Source: Trichomonas gallinae
Lineage: Eukaryota
Direction: 5' to 3'
DNA length: 49,547 nucleotides
Assembly (NCBI GenBank): GCA_008369845.1
Contig: MRSU01011059.1
Span: 1-49,547 of the forward strand
Shown here one piece after another: positions 1-9,220 of this stretch (position 1 is its first letter; every line of letters starts with the position of its first letter). The notes below the pieces were generated by a model. It saw nothing but the letters and a program-made list of their open reading frames with translations. It was not told the DNA's origin and ran no database searches. The position numbers and the translations under genes are program-made.

Positions 1-75
1 GAGAACAGCGGCGATAACCATGACCGAGGCCGAAAAAGTGAGCTTTTTTATAACGTACAAACCTCCGGGGGACAT
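1..75 (-). CDS. 5' end of a gene running off the left edge; hydrophobic N-terminus (signal/anchor-like)
   Basis: ATG at 75 (minus) opens MSPGGLYVIKKLTFSASVMVIAAVL with no stop to the edge; GC richer than the AT-rich upstream region. Confidence 0.55.
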   Translation of the reverse strand, partial: MSPGGLYVIKKLTFSASVMVIAAVL

Positions 76-454
76 TTGATCGAATCAAAGTTGGGAAAAT
101 TAATCAGCCAATGATGCTTTTATAATAAATATTCTAACAACTAAATCAAATTGAAGCCAAAATTCACACAGAATTTCCCAGATAATCTTTTTTGCACAAT
201 TGAATTATTTTTCTCTAAAGTAACAAGTATCATTTTTAACAATAAAATACAAAGCTGCACAGTATTAAAACCTTTTATATCATTGACAAAGCCTATACTT
301 CACCACATACAATAAATCGAAATTTTTCTTTATAATATCGCACGAAATCTTTCAAATAGTATTCTTTTGATATTTTATGCTAGTACTTTGAAGAAAAAAA
401 ATAGGAATGATATTTAGTACTGAAATAAACATTTTTACAAAAAATATATTAAAA

Positions 455-1936
455 TCAGTTGCTAACGAATGTTGCTGCATCCTGGCAGATACCTTCAAGC
501 TGTGTTGCGTAAGATGGGAAGTTATCTTTGATGACTCTGAGTCTTTCGCTTGTTGGCATCCTGATCCACTGCTGGAACATTGTGTCGAAGTAAGACAATT
601 TCTCGAAGCAAGGGATGAATGTGTCCATTGTCTTCCTCTTCGGGAATACTCTCCGGAAACCACCGAGTATGCTCTGCTCTTCGATGTAATCTCTGATCAT
701 CTGGATATCGCCGAAAACTGGATTCTCCCATCCATTCTTCTTCATCTCCATGACTTCTTCCTGTCTGACTTCACCTGTGCTTTCTCTCCAAGCGTCATCG
801 ATCATGTCGACGCCAGGGCATGGATACTTGGCTGTACAGTCGCAGTCGATGATTCTCGCCATTCTCAATAAGTCGAGCATCAACGGGAACTTGATATCGT
901 TGTCGAGTTTTGAGTCCATGCCTGACATAGATGGCGAGATGTTGATTTCGATGAGGTGTGGGCAGAGGTTCTCGTCGAGCATGATATCGATGCCGTACAT
1001 CTCGTACGATGTGTGCCTGTGCGGGATGAGCTTCTGGTGGTGCTTCCTGATCGCCTGGAAGCCGGCAATAACAGTAGAGATAGTTACGTGCTCGAGGCGG
1101 GACATAATTAAGTCTGTATCATAACCGTTTTGCTTGAGGTGGTTGATGAAGAATGGGAATGACCACTTGCTGTCTTCGACGCTTTCGATGCCTGTATCGC
1201 AGCGGTTGAAGGATTCGTCATCTTTATTAAGAGAAAAGTTCGTAAGATGCATGTGTGTGTCGTTGTAGTCACCATCCAAGTTGTATTTGTGTGTGCAGAA
1301 CCTCGCTAAGCCTGCTTTGTGCATATAAATGCGAAGTGGATCACAAGATGTAATCAGAGCATAAAGTCTGATATCAAACTTGCGCTGTGTAATAAGCAAT
1401 GGATGCTCAATGTAGTATTGAACTATACCAGCTGTGGTTGGCACTTGATCGACATCGGAATTGACAATGTGAATTCCACGACCGCGAGAAGATGCTGATG
1501 GCTTAACAATCCATAATTTCTTAGACTTCCATGCCTTGTTGAGCGCATCTTGATCTTCTGGAAGCAAGAATGACTGTGGATAGAAATCTGCAAGGCCTTC
1601 TCCTCTTGCTGCAAGCTCCTTCATGCGCGCATTGAGGTTGTCTTTACGACCCATAAGAAATGCACCTGCATAATGGTTGATTTTCTGCCAGTTTTGGCAT
1701 TTTTGATAATCTCTTTCTTGGTATTGACGGCCCCACGATGCATTCCATATTCTTGGCGAAGATGTTGGAACGAAACCAGCGTGTTTAAATGCTGATCGCG
1801 TGAGATTCGTAATAACTTTGTTTACGTAATAGCGAATCTGATGCTTTGGAACGTTTTCTGGCTCGTCAGGTGTTGGAACGTGAACATATTCGTATGGAAG
1901 TGGTGCTGTTTCGTAAAGTTTTGCAATTTCTTGCAT
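455..1936 (-). CDS. TTLL4: Tubulin-tyrosine-ligase-like protein, TTLL4-type polyglutamylase
   Basis: ATP-grasp TTL motifs KINHY..GRKD, WIVKPSASSRGRGI, KFDIRLY, HLTNFSLNK, GIDIMLD..LIEINISPS. The NISPS ending is TTLL4-like. Start moved from TTG at 1993 to AAAATG at 1936. Confidence 0.9.
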   Translation of the reverse strand: MQEIAKLYETAPLPYEYVHVPTPDEPENVPKHQIRYYVNKVITNLTRSAFKHAGFVPTSSPRIWNASWGRQYQERDYQKCQNWQKINHYAGAFLMGRKDNLNARMKELAARGEGLADFYPQSFLLPEDQDALNKAWKSKKLWIVKPSASSRGRGIHIVNSDVDQVPTTAGIVQYYIEHPLLITQRKFDIRLYALITSCDPLRIYMHKAGLARFCTHKYNLDGDYNDTHMHLTNFSLNKDDESFNRCDTGIESVEDSKWSFPFFINHLKQNGYDTDLIMSRLEHVTISTVIAGFQAIRKHHQKLIPHRHTSYEMYGIDIMLDENLCPHLIEINISPSMSGMDSKLDNDIKFPLMLDLLRMARIIDCDCTAKYPCPGVDMIDDAWRESTGEVRQEEVMEMKKNGWENPVFGDIQMIRDYIEEQSILGGFRRVFPKRKTMDTFIPCFEKLSYFDTMFQQWIRMPTSERLRVIKDNFPSYATQLEGICQDAATFVSN

Positions 1937-2001
1937 TTTCGTACGAGAATGGTCAGTCAGAAAATTTGCCGATAGAGTAAATTTAAACGTCAAAATTTTG
2001 G

Positions 2002-2012
2002 TTTACATGGCA
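2002..2012. promoter_or_regulatory. TTTACATGNCA motif upstream of the TTLL gene
   Basis: tttacatggca at 2002-2012, ~65 bp upstream of ATG 1936; the same motif recurs upstream of three other genes. Confidence 0.45.
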
Positions 2013-2166
2013 AATTTCATTTAACGATTTCGAAATCAAAAAACATTACAATACGGTCTTCATGTAAATATTCTACCATAGCCTGGTACTATATGACACC
2101 AATTCAATCAGTGGTTTAATTATAATATTCGAGTCTATACTTTAAATTTTTTTATTCATTGGATCC

Positions 2167-2478
2167 GCCATTCATGCTGTCGAAGCTTCCGGCAAAATCT
2201 GCATCTTAGATATCAACATTGATGGTGCTATAGCTGTTTACAAGTCTAAAATGACACCATTCACCATTCTTCTCAAGCCAATATCATTCGAAGCGTTAGA
2301 AGCTCGTCTTCGTGGCACAGAATCAGAAGAATAAATTCAATAGCGCCTTAACACAACACGAAATGCGCTTAAGAGATACTTTGAAAATTAGGAAATCTTC
2401 GATATTGAAATTATCAACGATCACCTCGATGCAACTCTCGTCAAAATCTCTTCTGAACTCTTCAAGAGATACAAATGA
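2167..2478 (+). pseudogene. GUK1: Guanylate kinase pseudogene, C-terminal half only
   Basis: Translates AIHAVEASGKICILDINIDGAIAVYKSKMTPFTILLKPISFEALEARLRGTESEE*IQ*RLNTTRNALKRYFEN*EIFDIEIINDHLDATLVKISSELFKRYK*. This matches the GK motifs GKICILDID.QG, LE.RL.GRGTE and IIVNDDL. In-frame stops at 2332, 2341 and 2389; no P-loop N-half upstream. Confidence 0.85.
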
Positions 2479-2506
2479 AATCAATTAGAATCATGATTAT
2501 AAAATC

Positions 2507-2588
2507 TGACATGCTAAAATTGTCATGTAACAGACAAAACTGTCATGTAAATATGTTTTAAATTTGACATGGAAAATTGACATGTAAA
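2507..2588. promoter_or_regulatory. Cluster of TGNCATGTAAA motifs directly upstream of the PDI-like gene
   Basis: Exact copies at 2541 and 2578, one-mismatch copies at 2521 and 2565, weaker copy at 2507. Confidence 0.55.
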
Positions 2589-2602
2589 GTTTACTATTTC
2601 AA

Positions 2603-4000
2603 ATGTTTTTATTCACCTTAGCTACAAGAATTGCAATTCCTTATGGATACAGCAATGCCATTCCAACACTTAGGAGTGAAGAAGAGCTGAACAAATTCCT
2701 TCATACAAACAACCATTCAGTCATTATTTTTGGTGATTATCAATATATTCTTAGTTTTATGGATTTGGCACTTTACAAGTATGGTGATAAAATCGCTACA
2801 GCAATGGCACCATCAAAATTGGCCGGTCCCTACGAATGCAAAAACATGCCATGTTTTAGAGGTTTCCGTGGCGAGAAAGCCATCAATTTCAGGAACCCTG
2901 TCCCAACATTATCCGAATTCACTACATTCTATGACAAAGTTTTAGAAACAGACACAACAGCTCTTTACAATACTGAACAAATTCGCAAATTGTTCTTTGA
3001 CTCGAATCCTTCCATCTTTGCCGTTGACCATGATGATAGGCCATCGCAGGTTCCAAAGGATGTTCACGTAAACTTAGTTTCTAGCAAATTAATGAAAGAT
3101 TTCGGAGTTGAAGTTGAAAAAGGCGTCTACGTTTATGTTCCTGAAGACAAACAGCTTGTACTAATGACAAAATCTTACGAGGAAATGATCAAGACAAAGC
3201 TTTGTGATGCTAATCCAGAAACAATCACTTCTAAGCCATATTTCATTGGTTTTAACATCGATGACGAAGCCGCAGATAATGTTCAAGTAGGTTCTCAGGC
3301 TTATGATATACTTTCTCATCTTTCTGGTAAATATTCTGATAAAGCAAACTTTGGCTTCATCAATGGAGCACATCAAAACACATACATTAAACAAGGAAAG
3401 CTTCACATTGCAACAAAGCCATATCTAGTCATTTTCAATTCCACAGATCTTTCTCCTCAGCGCTGGCTCATTCAAGACCACAATATGTCTGATATCCAGT
3501 ACTACGATGACTTCGTTGGCCGCGTTATCGCAGGAAAAGAGCCATTTACATTGATTTCTGCTCCAATTCCAGCAGAAACGAACTCAACATTCAAGGAAGT
3601 CGTCGCGACAAATTTCAAAGAGCTTGTTATTGATAACAAGAACGAGACTCTCGTTGCCGTCACAGCACCATGGTGCGGACACTGCAAGCACTTCAAGCCA
3701 ATTCTAAATGAGATCACAGATAAGATCGTCGGTACACCTGTAAACATCTACTGGTTCGATGGAACAACAAATGATTTTGGTCCCATCCCAGAAATCACTG
3801 GTTATCCAACACTTTTCATGTGGCCATCAAATAATAAGACGCATCCTGTCCAATACGAAGGAAATCGTGACTATGACAGCATCATCGATTTCATCAACAC
3901 TACAGGTCAGTATAAATTCCCACCAAAACCAGTTAATGAGACAAAGACAGAAGAAACACCTAGTAAAGATGAAAATGCTGGTGTTGGAAAGGAACTTTAA
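2603..4000 (+). CDS. Protein disulfide isomerase-like thioredoxin-family ER protein
   Basis: Short hydrophobic N-terminus, non-catalytic thioredoxin-like domains, one C-terminal APWCGHCK active site with GYPTL cis-Pro motif, C-terminal GKEL (KDEL-like). Confidence 0.9.
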   Translation: MFLFTLATRIAIPYGYSNAIPTLRSEEELNKFLHTNNHSVIIFGDYQYILSFMDLALYKYGDKIATAMAPSKLAGPYECKNMPCFRGFRGEKAINFRNPVPTLSEFTTFYDKVLETDTTALYNTEQIRKLFFDSNPSIFAVDHDDRPSQVPKDVHVNLVSSKLMKDFGVEVEKGVYVYVPEDKQLVLMTKSYEEMIKTKLCDANPETITSKPYFIGFNIDDEAADNVQVGSQAYDILSHLSGKYSDKANFGFINGAHQNTYIKQGKLHIATKPYLVIFNSTDLSPQRWLIQDHNMSDIQYYDDFVGRVIAGKEPFTLISAPIPAETNSTFKEVVATNFKELVIDNKNETLVAVTAPWCGHCKHFKPILNEITDKIVGTPVNIYWFDGTTNDFGPIPEITGYPTLFMWPSNNKTHPVQYEGNRDYDSIIDFINTTGQYKFPPKPVNETKTEETPSKDENAGVGKEL

Positions 4001-4093
4001 TTAAACAACCGAGATTTTTCCATAATTATATAATTCATAACCCGATTTTTTTGATATCAACTTCACCATAGTGTACTGAAACCATGAAACACA

Positions 4094-4531
4094 AATTATT
4101 TTAACACATATCCAATGATACCTTAACTTAACGTACACTATATCGATTAAAATACTATTTGAACAAACAAAAATACAATATTTGAGCATCAATTGAATTA
4201 TTTTAACGCATAACTAATGATGCAATATCTTAATGTACATAATATCGATTAAAATATTATTTTCAAATTAAATACGAAACAAAAATACAATATTTTAGCA
4301 CCAATACCATCATATTAATGCATATCCAATGATGAAACATCTTAATATATATTATGTCGATTAAATTATTATTTTCAAAATAAAATATCAAACAATAATA
4401 CAATATTTGAGCATTAATTTCATTATATTAATGCATATCTAATGATACAATATCTTTATATGCACTATGTCGATTAAAATATTATTTTCAAAATAAAATA
4501 TCAAACAAAAATAGAATATTTTAACAACAAT
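4094..4531. repeat. Degenerate tandem repeat, ~4 copies of a ~102-113 bp AT-rich unit
   Basis: Anchor TCGATTAAA at 4143, 4245, 4357 and 4470; flanking blocks (AATGAT, AAATACAATATTT-like) recur in register. Confidence 0.85.
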
Positions 4532-4658
4532 CTATCTGTTAGAAAGAGGATAATGCAGTGATAAAGAAATAGAAGGAAAGAGAACGTTTAAAAAAAAATA
4601 AGTGTTCACGTGTGAAAAGAGAGGTGAAAAATTGTAGGGGTTTGTCCGGTTAATATTT

Positions 4659-5114
4659 ATGGCATCAAAAGCAGACCAGGGCGTTCCTCTTACTTCTCTC
4701 AACATCCAGCAGGTTATGAACCTCAAGAAGCAGTTCGAGGATGAGCTCTCACAGCTGACAACAACAATTCAAATCACAAATGATACAGTTCTCAAAACAC
4801 AGCAAGCAAGAGCCGAATTAAAGCAATTCACAGCTGTAGAGGCTGGCAAGACCATGCTCGTCCCAATTACAGAGTCTCTTTACGTTACTGGCCAAGTTTC
4901 ATCTGAAAAGAGACCAATTATCGAATTAGGCACAGGATATTTCGCAGAAACTAGTGTAGAAAAGGCAGATGCCTTCTTCAATCGTAGATTAAAGAGATTA
5001 ACTGCACAGCAGGAGAATCTTAAGAATACATTCAAAGAGAAGCAGCAGCAGTATCAAATGGTTGTTCAAGTCGCTAACCAAAAGGTCCAGGCTACACAGC
5101 AGAGACCCCATTAA
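4659..5114 (+). CDS. PFDN5: Prefoldin alpha subunit (subunit 5-like)
   Basis: MLVPITESLYVTG and IIELGTGYFAE beta-hairpin motifs flanked by coiled coils; 151 aa. Confidence 0.92.
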   Translation: MASKADQGVPLTSLNIQQVMNLKKQFEDELSQLTTTIQITNDTVLKTQQARAELKQFTAVEAGKTMLVPITESLYVTGQVSSEKRPIIELGTGYFAETSVEKADAFFNRRLKRLTAQQENLKNTFKEKQQQYQMVVQVANQKVQATQQRPH

Positions 5115-6088
5115 AAAGATATTATTTTGATTTGATATTTTTGATAAAGAATACCTCAAATCTTGCGAACAACATATGATTTCTATACTATTACTCTCTT
5201 AAAAATCATATTTAATCTTAACGTCCCCAACATTTTTATTTTAAAAATAATTCTTCGTTTTAGGAGGTTTTTAATCGATAAGCATATCCACTGTATCTAA
5301 ATCTAATAAAAACAACTAGATTTGGTCAATAAAGTTTGATATATTTTGGAAAATTTCCGCAAATTTTTAAAATTGTATCTAATAACTCGATATTATATAT
5401 AATCTAGAGTATAGGATAGAAAAAGAGATATTGAGAAGAATGCAGAACATTCATGAGTAATATTTTGAAATCGTTACTTAAGTTTAAATATTTGCCTCGA
5501 GTCACTCCAGCATCAGAACGCCAGTTTATAATCAGGCTATTTAAACTATGCAATTATATATTTTGCGAAAAAAGTTGTCTATTTATTGTAGATTTGTAAT
5601 ATAGTTATGGATAATGTACCATCCATCTATTAAGATTGGTATATTGAGTTTTTGGCAACATACATCAAATTCCGGTATCTGGATCTCGGTATTAATGTTC
5701 ATTTGGCATATTTTTGATATTAAATGTATTTATTAGTTAATATAGTTATTGGGAAATGTATTATAAAGCTATATCTCTAATTTGATGAAGTAAATAAAAT
5801 ATAATTGTATTAATTTCGTGTTTAAATGTAGTATGCCACTATATGCTATACATGACCAAGTCTTAATGAGTATGTAGTTTAATTTGAAAAAAATGCTAAT
5901 TTAATTTTGCTGGAAAATATTCTTCATTCCTTGATGAGATTCATACAATTCATATTGAAGGAGATAGTTGTCATATAATATCAATAATTAAGTTAATATA
6001 TATTATATAAAAATTAATAACATGAATATTGATAATAATTTAATAGAAATTTATATATTTTATTGATATAAAAATAACATAGTATGAA

Positions 6089-6925
6089 TTATGGCTCCAA
6101 TTCCCAGATAAATGTATTTTGGAGTTCATAAGTTGGATCAGACTTCATTCCAGCTAATCTATTAGAGTTTTCTTCTTCATTTGAAGCATCTTCTTGTGCT
6201 TCTTCAAGGTTTTCTGTATACATCAGTTTTACATTGAGAGGAGTTACAGTTATGTGTGGAACAGTCTTCAATGGGAAAGGTGGATTGATATCAACTTCAT
6301 AGACCTGTCCAGTAGCGTTTTTAACGGAAATATGGTTACCTTCGATATTAATCGAATCTTCAACTGCACGGGCAACATAGAGAACAACTGTAACAACTGC
6401 TTCATCAACGCTCATGTAGAACTGAGCTGGTTTTGGCTGTGATTCACCTTCAGTCTGAGAAACAGTCATCTGACCATTCTGTACAATTACTTCTGTTTCT
6501 GGAAGTTCTGGCAGCTCTTCAGTTGATACCACTTCGAAGCCTGCAAAACGAGCTGCATCTTCTTTTGTATATTGTTTAACTTTTGGTGGTTTGACTTTAA
6601 CCTGCAAGGTAATAATTGGTGCTTTCCATTTAGCCGAATAATCCTCTTCTGATAGAATTTCGAAAGGTAATGGAATATCAAAGTTATGAATAGCAGCTTT
6701 AATGTGGAGTTTCTTTGGATAAACGCTGATATCAATTTCATTTGGTTTGCTTACACCTGGTAAACCGATGTTAATGATCAAGTATTGGGGTGGAATCTGA
6801 GCTCTATCAGCATCTGTTGAATCTTCCATGTAATCACCATAGTCAAAGATACCCTGACGGATAATTTCGTATCCTGCAAGTGTTTCAGTCATTGTAATTC
6901 CATTTTTAGACTTGAGTTTTTCCAT
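6089..6925 (-). CDS. PIH1-family CS-domain protein, kintoun/DNAAF2-like but lacking the N-terminal PIH1 domain
   Basis: YEII..FDYGDY..PQYLIINIGLPGV..IDISV..FDIPLPF..SAKW is the PIH1 CS-like domain. A second CS-like segment (VVTVVLYV) and the C-terminal LQNTFIWELE resemble the kintoun tail. Start moved to AAAATG at 6925. Confidence 0.65.
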   Translation of the reverse strand: MEKLKSKNGITMTETLAGYEIIRQGIFDYGDYMEDSTDADRAQIPPQYLIINIGLPGVSKPNEIDISVYPKKLHIKAAIHNFDIPLPFEILSEEDYSAKWKAPIITLQVKVKPPKVKQYTKEDAARFAGFEVVSTEELPELPETEVIVQNGQMTVSQTEGESQPKPAQFYMSVDEAVVTVVLYVARAVEDSINIEGNHISVKNATGQVYEVDINPPFPLKTVPHITVTPLNVKLMYTENLEEAQEDASNEEENSNRLAGMKSDPTYELQNTFIWELEP

Positions 6926-7724
6926 TTTAAAATAGTGCACGTTAATAAATTTTAAAAGGGTCTTGAAATATTAATTAGGGGATAATTTTACGAAAGTCTT
7001 TACTTTTTGCTGCTATTATAGAGTTGTTTAATAAAACGAGATATGGCCGCAGACAAAATTTATTCTGATTGTTTATTTGGTAGAGATGGTTTTAGCGCCT
7101 AAAAATACCGAGATCGGAGAAAAGAATCCCATCAAATACCGTAATTTTTTGAGCGAAACTCTTCAATGAATCTATTTATTAAAGAATCTGTAACAAAAAG
7201 TAATTTCAACGACGAAACGAAGTATGTCACACAAAACGACAATCTACAATTATAATTTTAATGAAGCAATATATCAACCAATTCCATGTGTATATAACGT
7301 TGTTATATGCAATGTTGTTAAATGTTCAGAATACACGCATTACTCATGTTTCCATTTTTTTATTTTAGGATTTCAATAATTCACATTATAATACAATCAT
7401 CACAATAATAACTCAATATTCAAGCGTTTTAGCCATGTGAGTTTATAGCTGTGTTAACTTTTGCTGTGAACTTATAGAATACTTATAATTTGATGATCTT
7501 GAGATTGATTTAAACATGGGCTATATAATGACAAAAAATCTATAAAGAACTAAATCTTCGAATTTTTCTCATTTAATAAATTTGAAAATAATTCATTTCA
7601 TGATATGTCATGAATGATAAGACGTATCGTTAAAACATTAATAAAAAATTTAAAATATAGTTAAAAAGCTTGAGATATAGAAATAATTATTCAAATATAA
7701 GAAAAATTTAACAAATAATATAGA

Positions 7725-8657
7725 TTATTCAATTTCAACATAACAAATGAATTGTTTTTCGGCAATTACTTGAGAAATCGGAGTATTATCGTCCGTGAGT
7801 TCCTTTGATGGAAATCCTGCTTTGAGAATGAACTGTTCGGGGAAGACGAATTTTCTTGCAAACGTAAAGAGCATAGAAACAGGTCCATCGCGTGGAAAAG
7901 CGCGTGTTTGATTAGAATTAATATTCGGAAACTGGAATTTGACTGTTACTCTATCACCAGTTGTTGGTGGAGGTGGAAGGGCACTGAATGCCTCATCAAC
8001 TGTATGCTGTAAAACTCTGTTCATTTCTTCCTTTAATTCTTCTTCCTCTTGATGGATTTCTTCCTGTCTGATTCTCTCTTGTTCGCGTTCTAGAGCTCTC
8101 TGGTAGGCAGCGTCTTGATCGTTGAGCACTGCTGTTTGTGGATTTTCATTATCATTGTGCTCAATTCTTATATATGAGAGTAAGACCGATTCTCCGATTA
8201 CTCCTTCATGTTGAACGAAGATCTGTGATGATTCGAGTCCATTTCCGCGAGGTCTTACGAGTGCGATCAAAGGTAATTGATGAAAATGAAGCATATTAGC
8301 TACACTAATACCATCAGGTGTTGTAACATCCAAAGGTAAGAATAAGAAACTCCTCTGCATTTCTTGAGAAACAGAATCTGAAGATAAAACGTTAATAACT
8401 CGATGAGTCATCATATTTTCGCGACAATATATGAAAATGAATAACGATCTATTGAGATTCTTTGCATCTGTGATAGCCTCATTGATCGGGCCCGGATGAG
8501 AATCATATGTAAATCCCCAAGATGCGGAGAAATCATTGTGCGCGTCGATTACGTTGTTGCCATATGGAAGAGAACCATATCTAAACCTATGCAAGAGCTT
8601 CTTCGCGAAGCCAATTATTGAAAATTTGTTTTCCTCGAGAAGAGTTTGATTTTCCAT
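7725..8657 (-). CDS. UAS + UBX domain protein (FAF2/UBXN-type p97 adaptor)
   Basis: UAS thioredoxin-like region (AITDAKNLNRSLFIFIY), QDAAYQRALE coiled coil, C-terminal UBX (VKFQFPN..TRAF..AGFPSKEL). Likely start MENQ at 8657; the ORF-track extension runs through a tRNA gene. Confidence 0.9.
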   Translation of the reverse strand: MENQTLLEENKFSIIGFAKKLLHRFRYGSLPYGNNVIDAHNDFSASWGFTYDSHPGPINEAITDAKNLNRSLFIFIYCRENMMTHRVINVLSSDSVSQEMQRSFLFLPLDVTTPDGISVANMLHFHQLPLIALVRPRGNGLESSQIFVQHEGVIGESVLLSYIRIEHNDNENPQTAVLNDQDAAYQRALEREQERIRQEEIHQEEEELKEEMNRVLQHTVDEAFSALPPPPTTGDRVTVKFQFPNINSNQTRAFPRDGPVSMLFTFARKFVFPEQFILKAGFPSKELTDDNTPISQVIAEKQFICYVEIE

Positions 8658-8781
8658 TTTAAATTTTGATGCTCGAATTTTGAAATAGTTCGAATATATG
8701 CTTTTGTAAAAGGTTATAGATGCGAAAAAAACAAAAAAATTCGAATACAATACGATCAAAATTTTAGGAAAAGGAAAAAAA

Positions 8782-8863
8782 TGGTACCACTGGGGTTTGA
8801 ACCCAGGCATCTCTCGATAGTGGGACTTGAATCCACCGCCTTGGACCACTCGGCCATAGTACC
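8782..8863 (-). tRNA. tRNA-Leu-CAA: tRNA-Leu(CAA), intronless
   Basis: GGTACTA/TGGTACC-A acceptor stem, GGCCGAGTGGTCCAAGGC D arm, loop TT-CAA-GT, long variable arm ATC-GAGA-GAT, T arm CTGGG-TTCAAAC-CCCAG, followed by an oligo-T Pol III terminator. Confidence 0.95.
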
Positions 8864-9220
8864 ACCACGTTAACAATCTTAAGTGTTTGTCTATGAACTT
8901 AATAACTCTAACTATTTATCTTCTTTTTTCTCATAAATTTTCGCTGTTGATTAATGACTACTTCATCAACTATTTTGACATTGATTTTGATACTAATATC
9001 CACCTTTATTACCATTCTTTCTTCGTTTTTTATCAATTGAATTTATTTTATTAAATTTACTTATTAAATGTAATTTAATAAAATTTATTTCACACTAGTT
9101 TAATTATATGTCCTCAGTTTGATTCTTCACAGTATTTATTAAAAATGAATCTCTTCAATATAAGAAAAATATAAATAATTTTACATCACATAGTTGTATA
9201 GGTTCCACAGTATAGAAATC

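Noticed and set aside
407..871. 154-aa plus-strand ORF and other short ORFs overlapping TTLL
   Set aside because: Antisense shadows of a GC3-rich coding region; no recognisable motifs
2332..2391. Stop-codon reassignment (TAA/TAG read as sense) in the GK fragment
   Set aside because: Most neighbouring genes end in TAA and the Kelch gene ends in TAG; long ORFs have no internal TAR codons; the fragment is also truncated
4094..4531. CRISPR-like array or coding repeat
   Set aside because: Whole units are homologous with no unique spacers, the context is eukaryotic, there are no cas genes, and the period is not a multiple of 3
5453..5599. 48-aa small ORF MSNILKSLL...
   Set aside because: No motif, AT-rich, length compatible with chance
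7020..7256. GC-elevated stretch with short ORFs upstream of the kintoun-like gene
   Set aside because: No PIH1-N-like translation recognised and no splice signals; cannot be assigned
8658..8876. N-terminal 73-aa extension of the UBX ORF
   Set aside because: Non-ATG start; runs through the tRNA-Leu gene and its T-rich terminator
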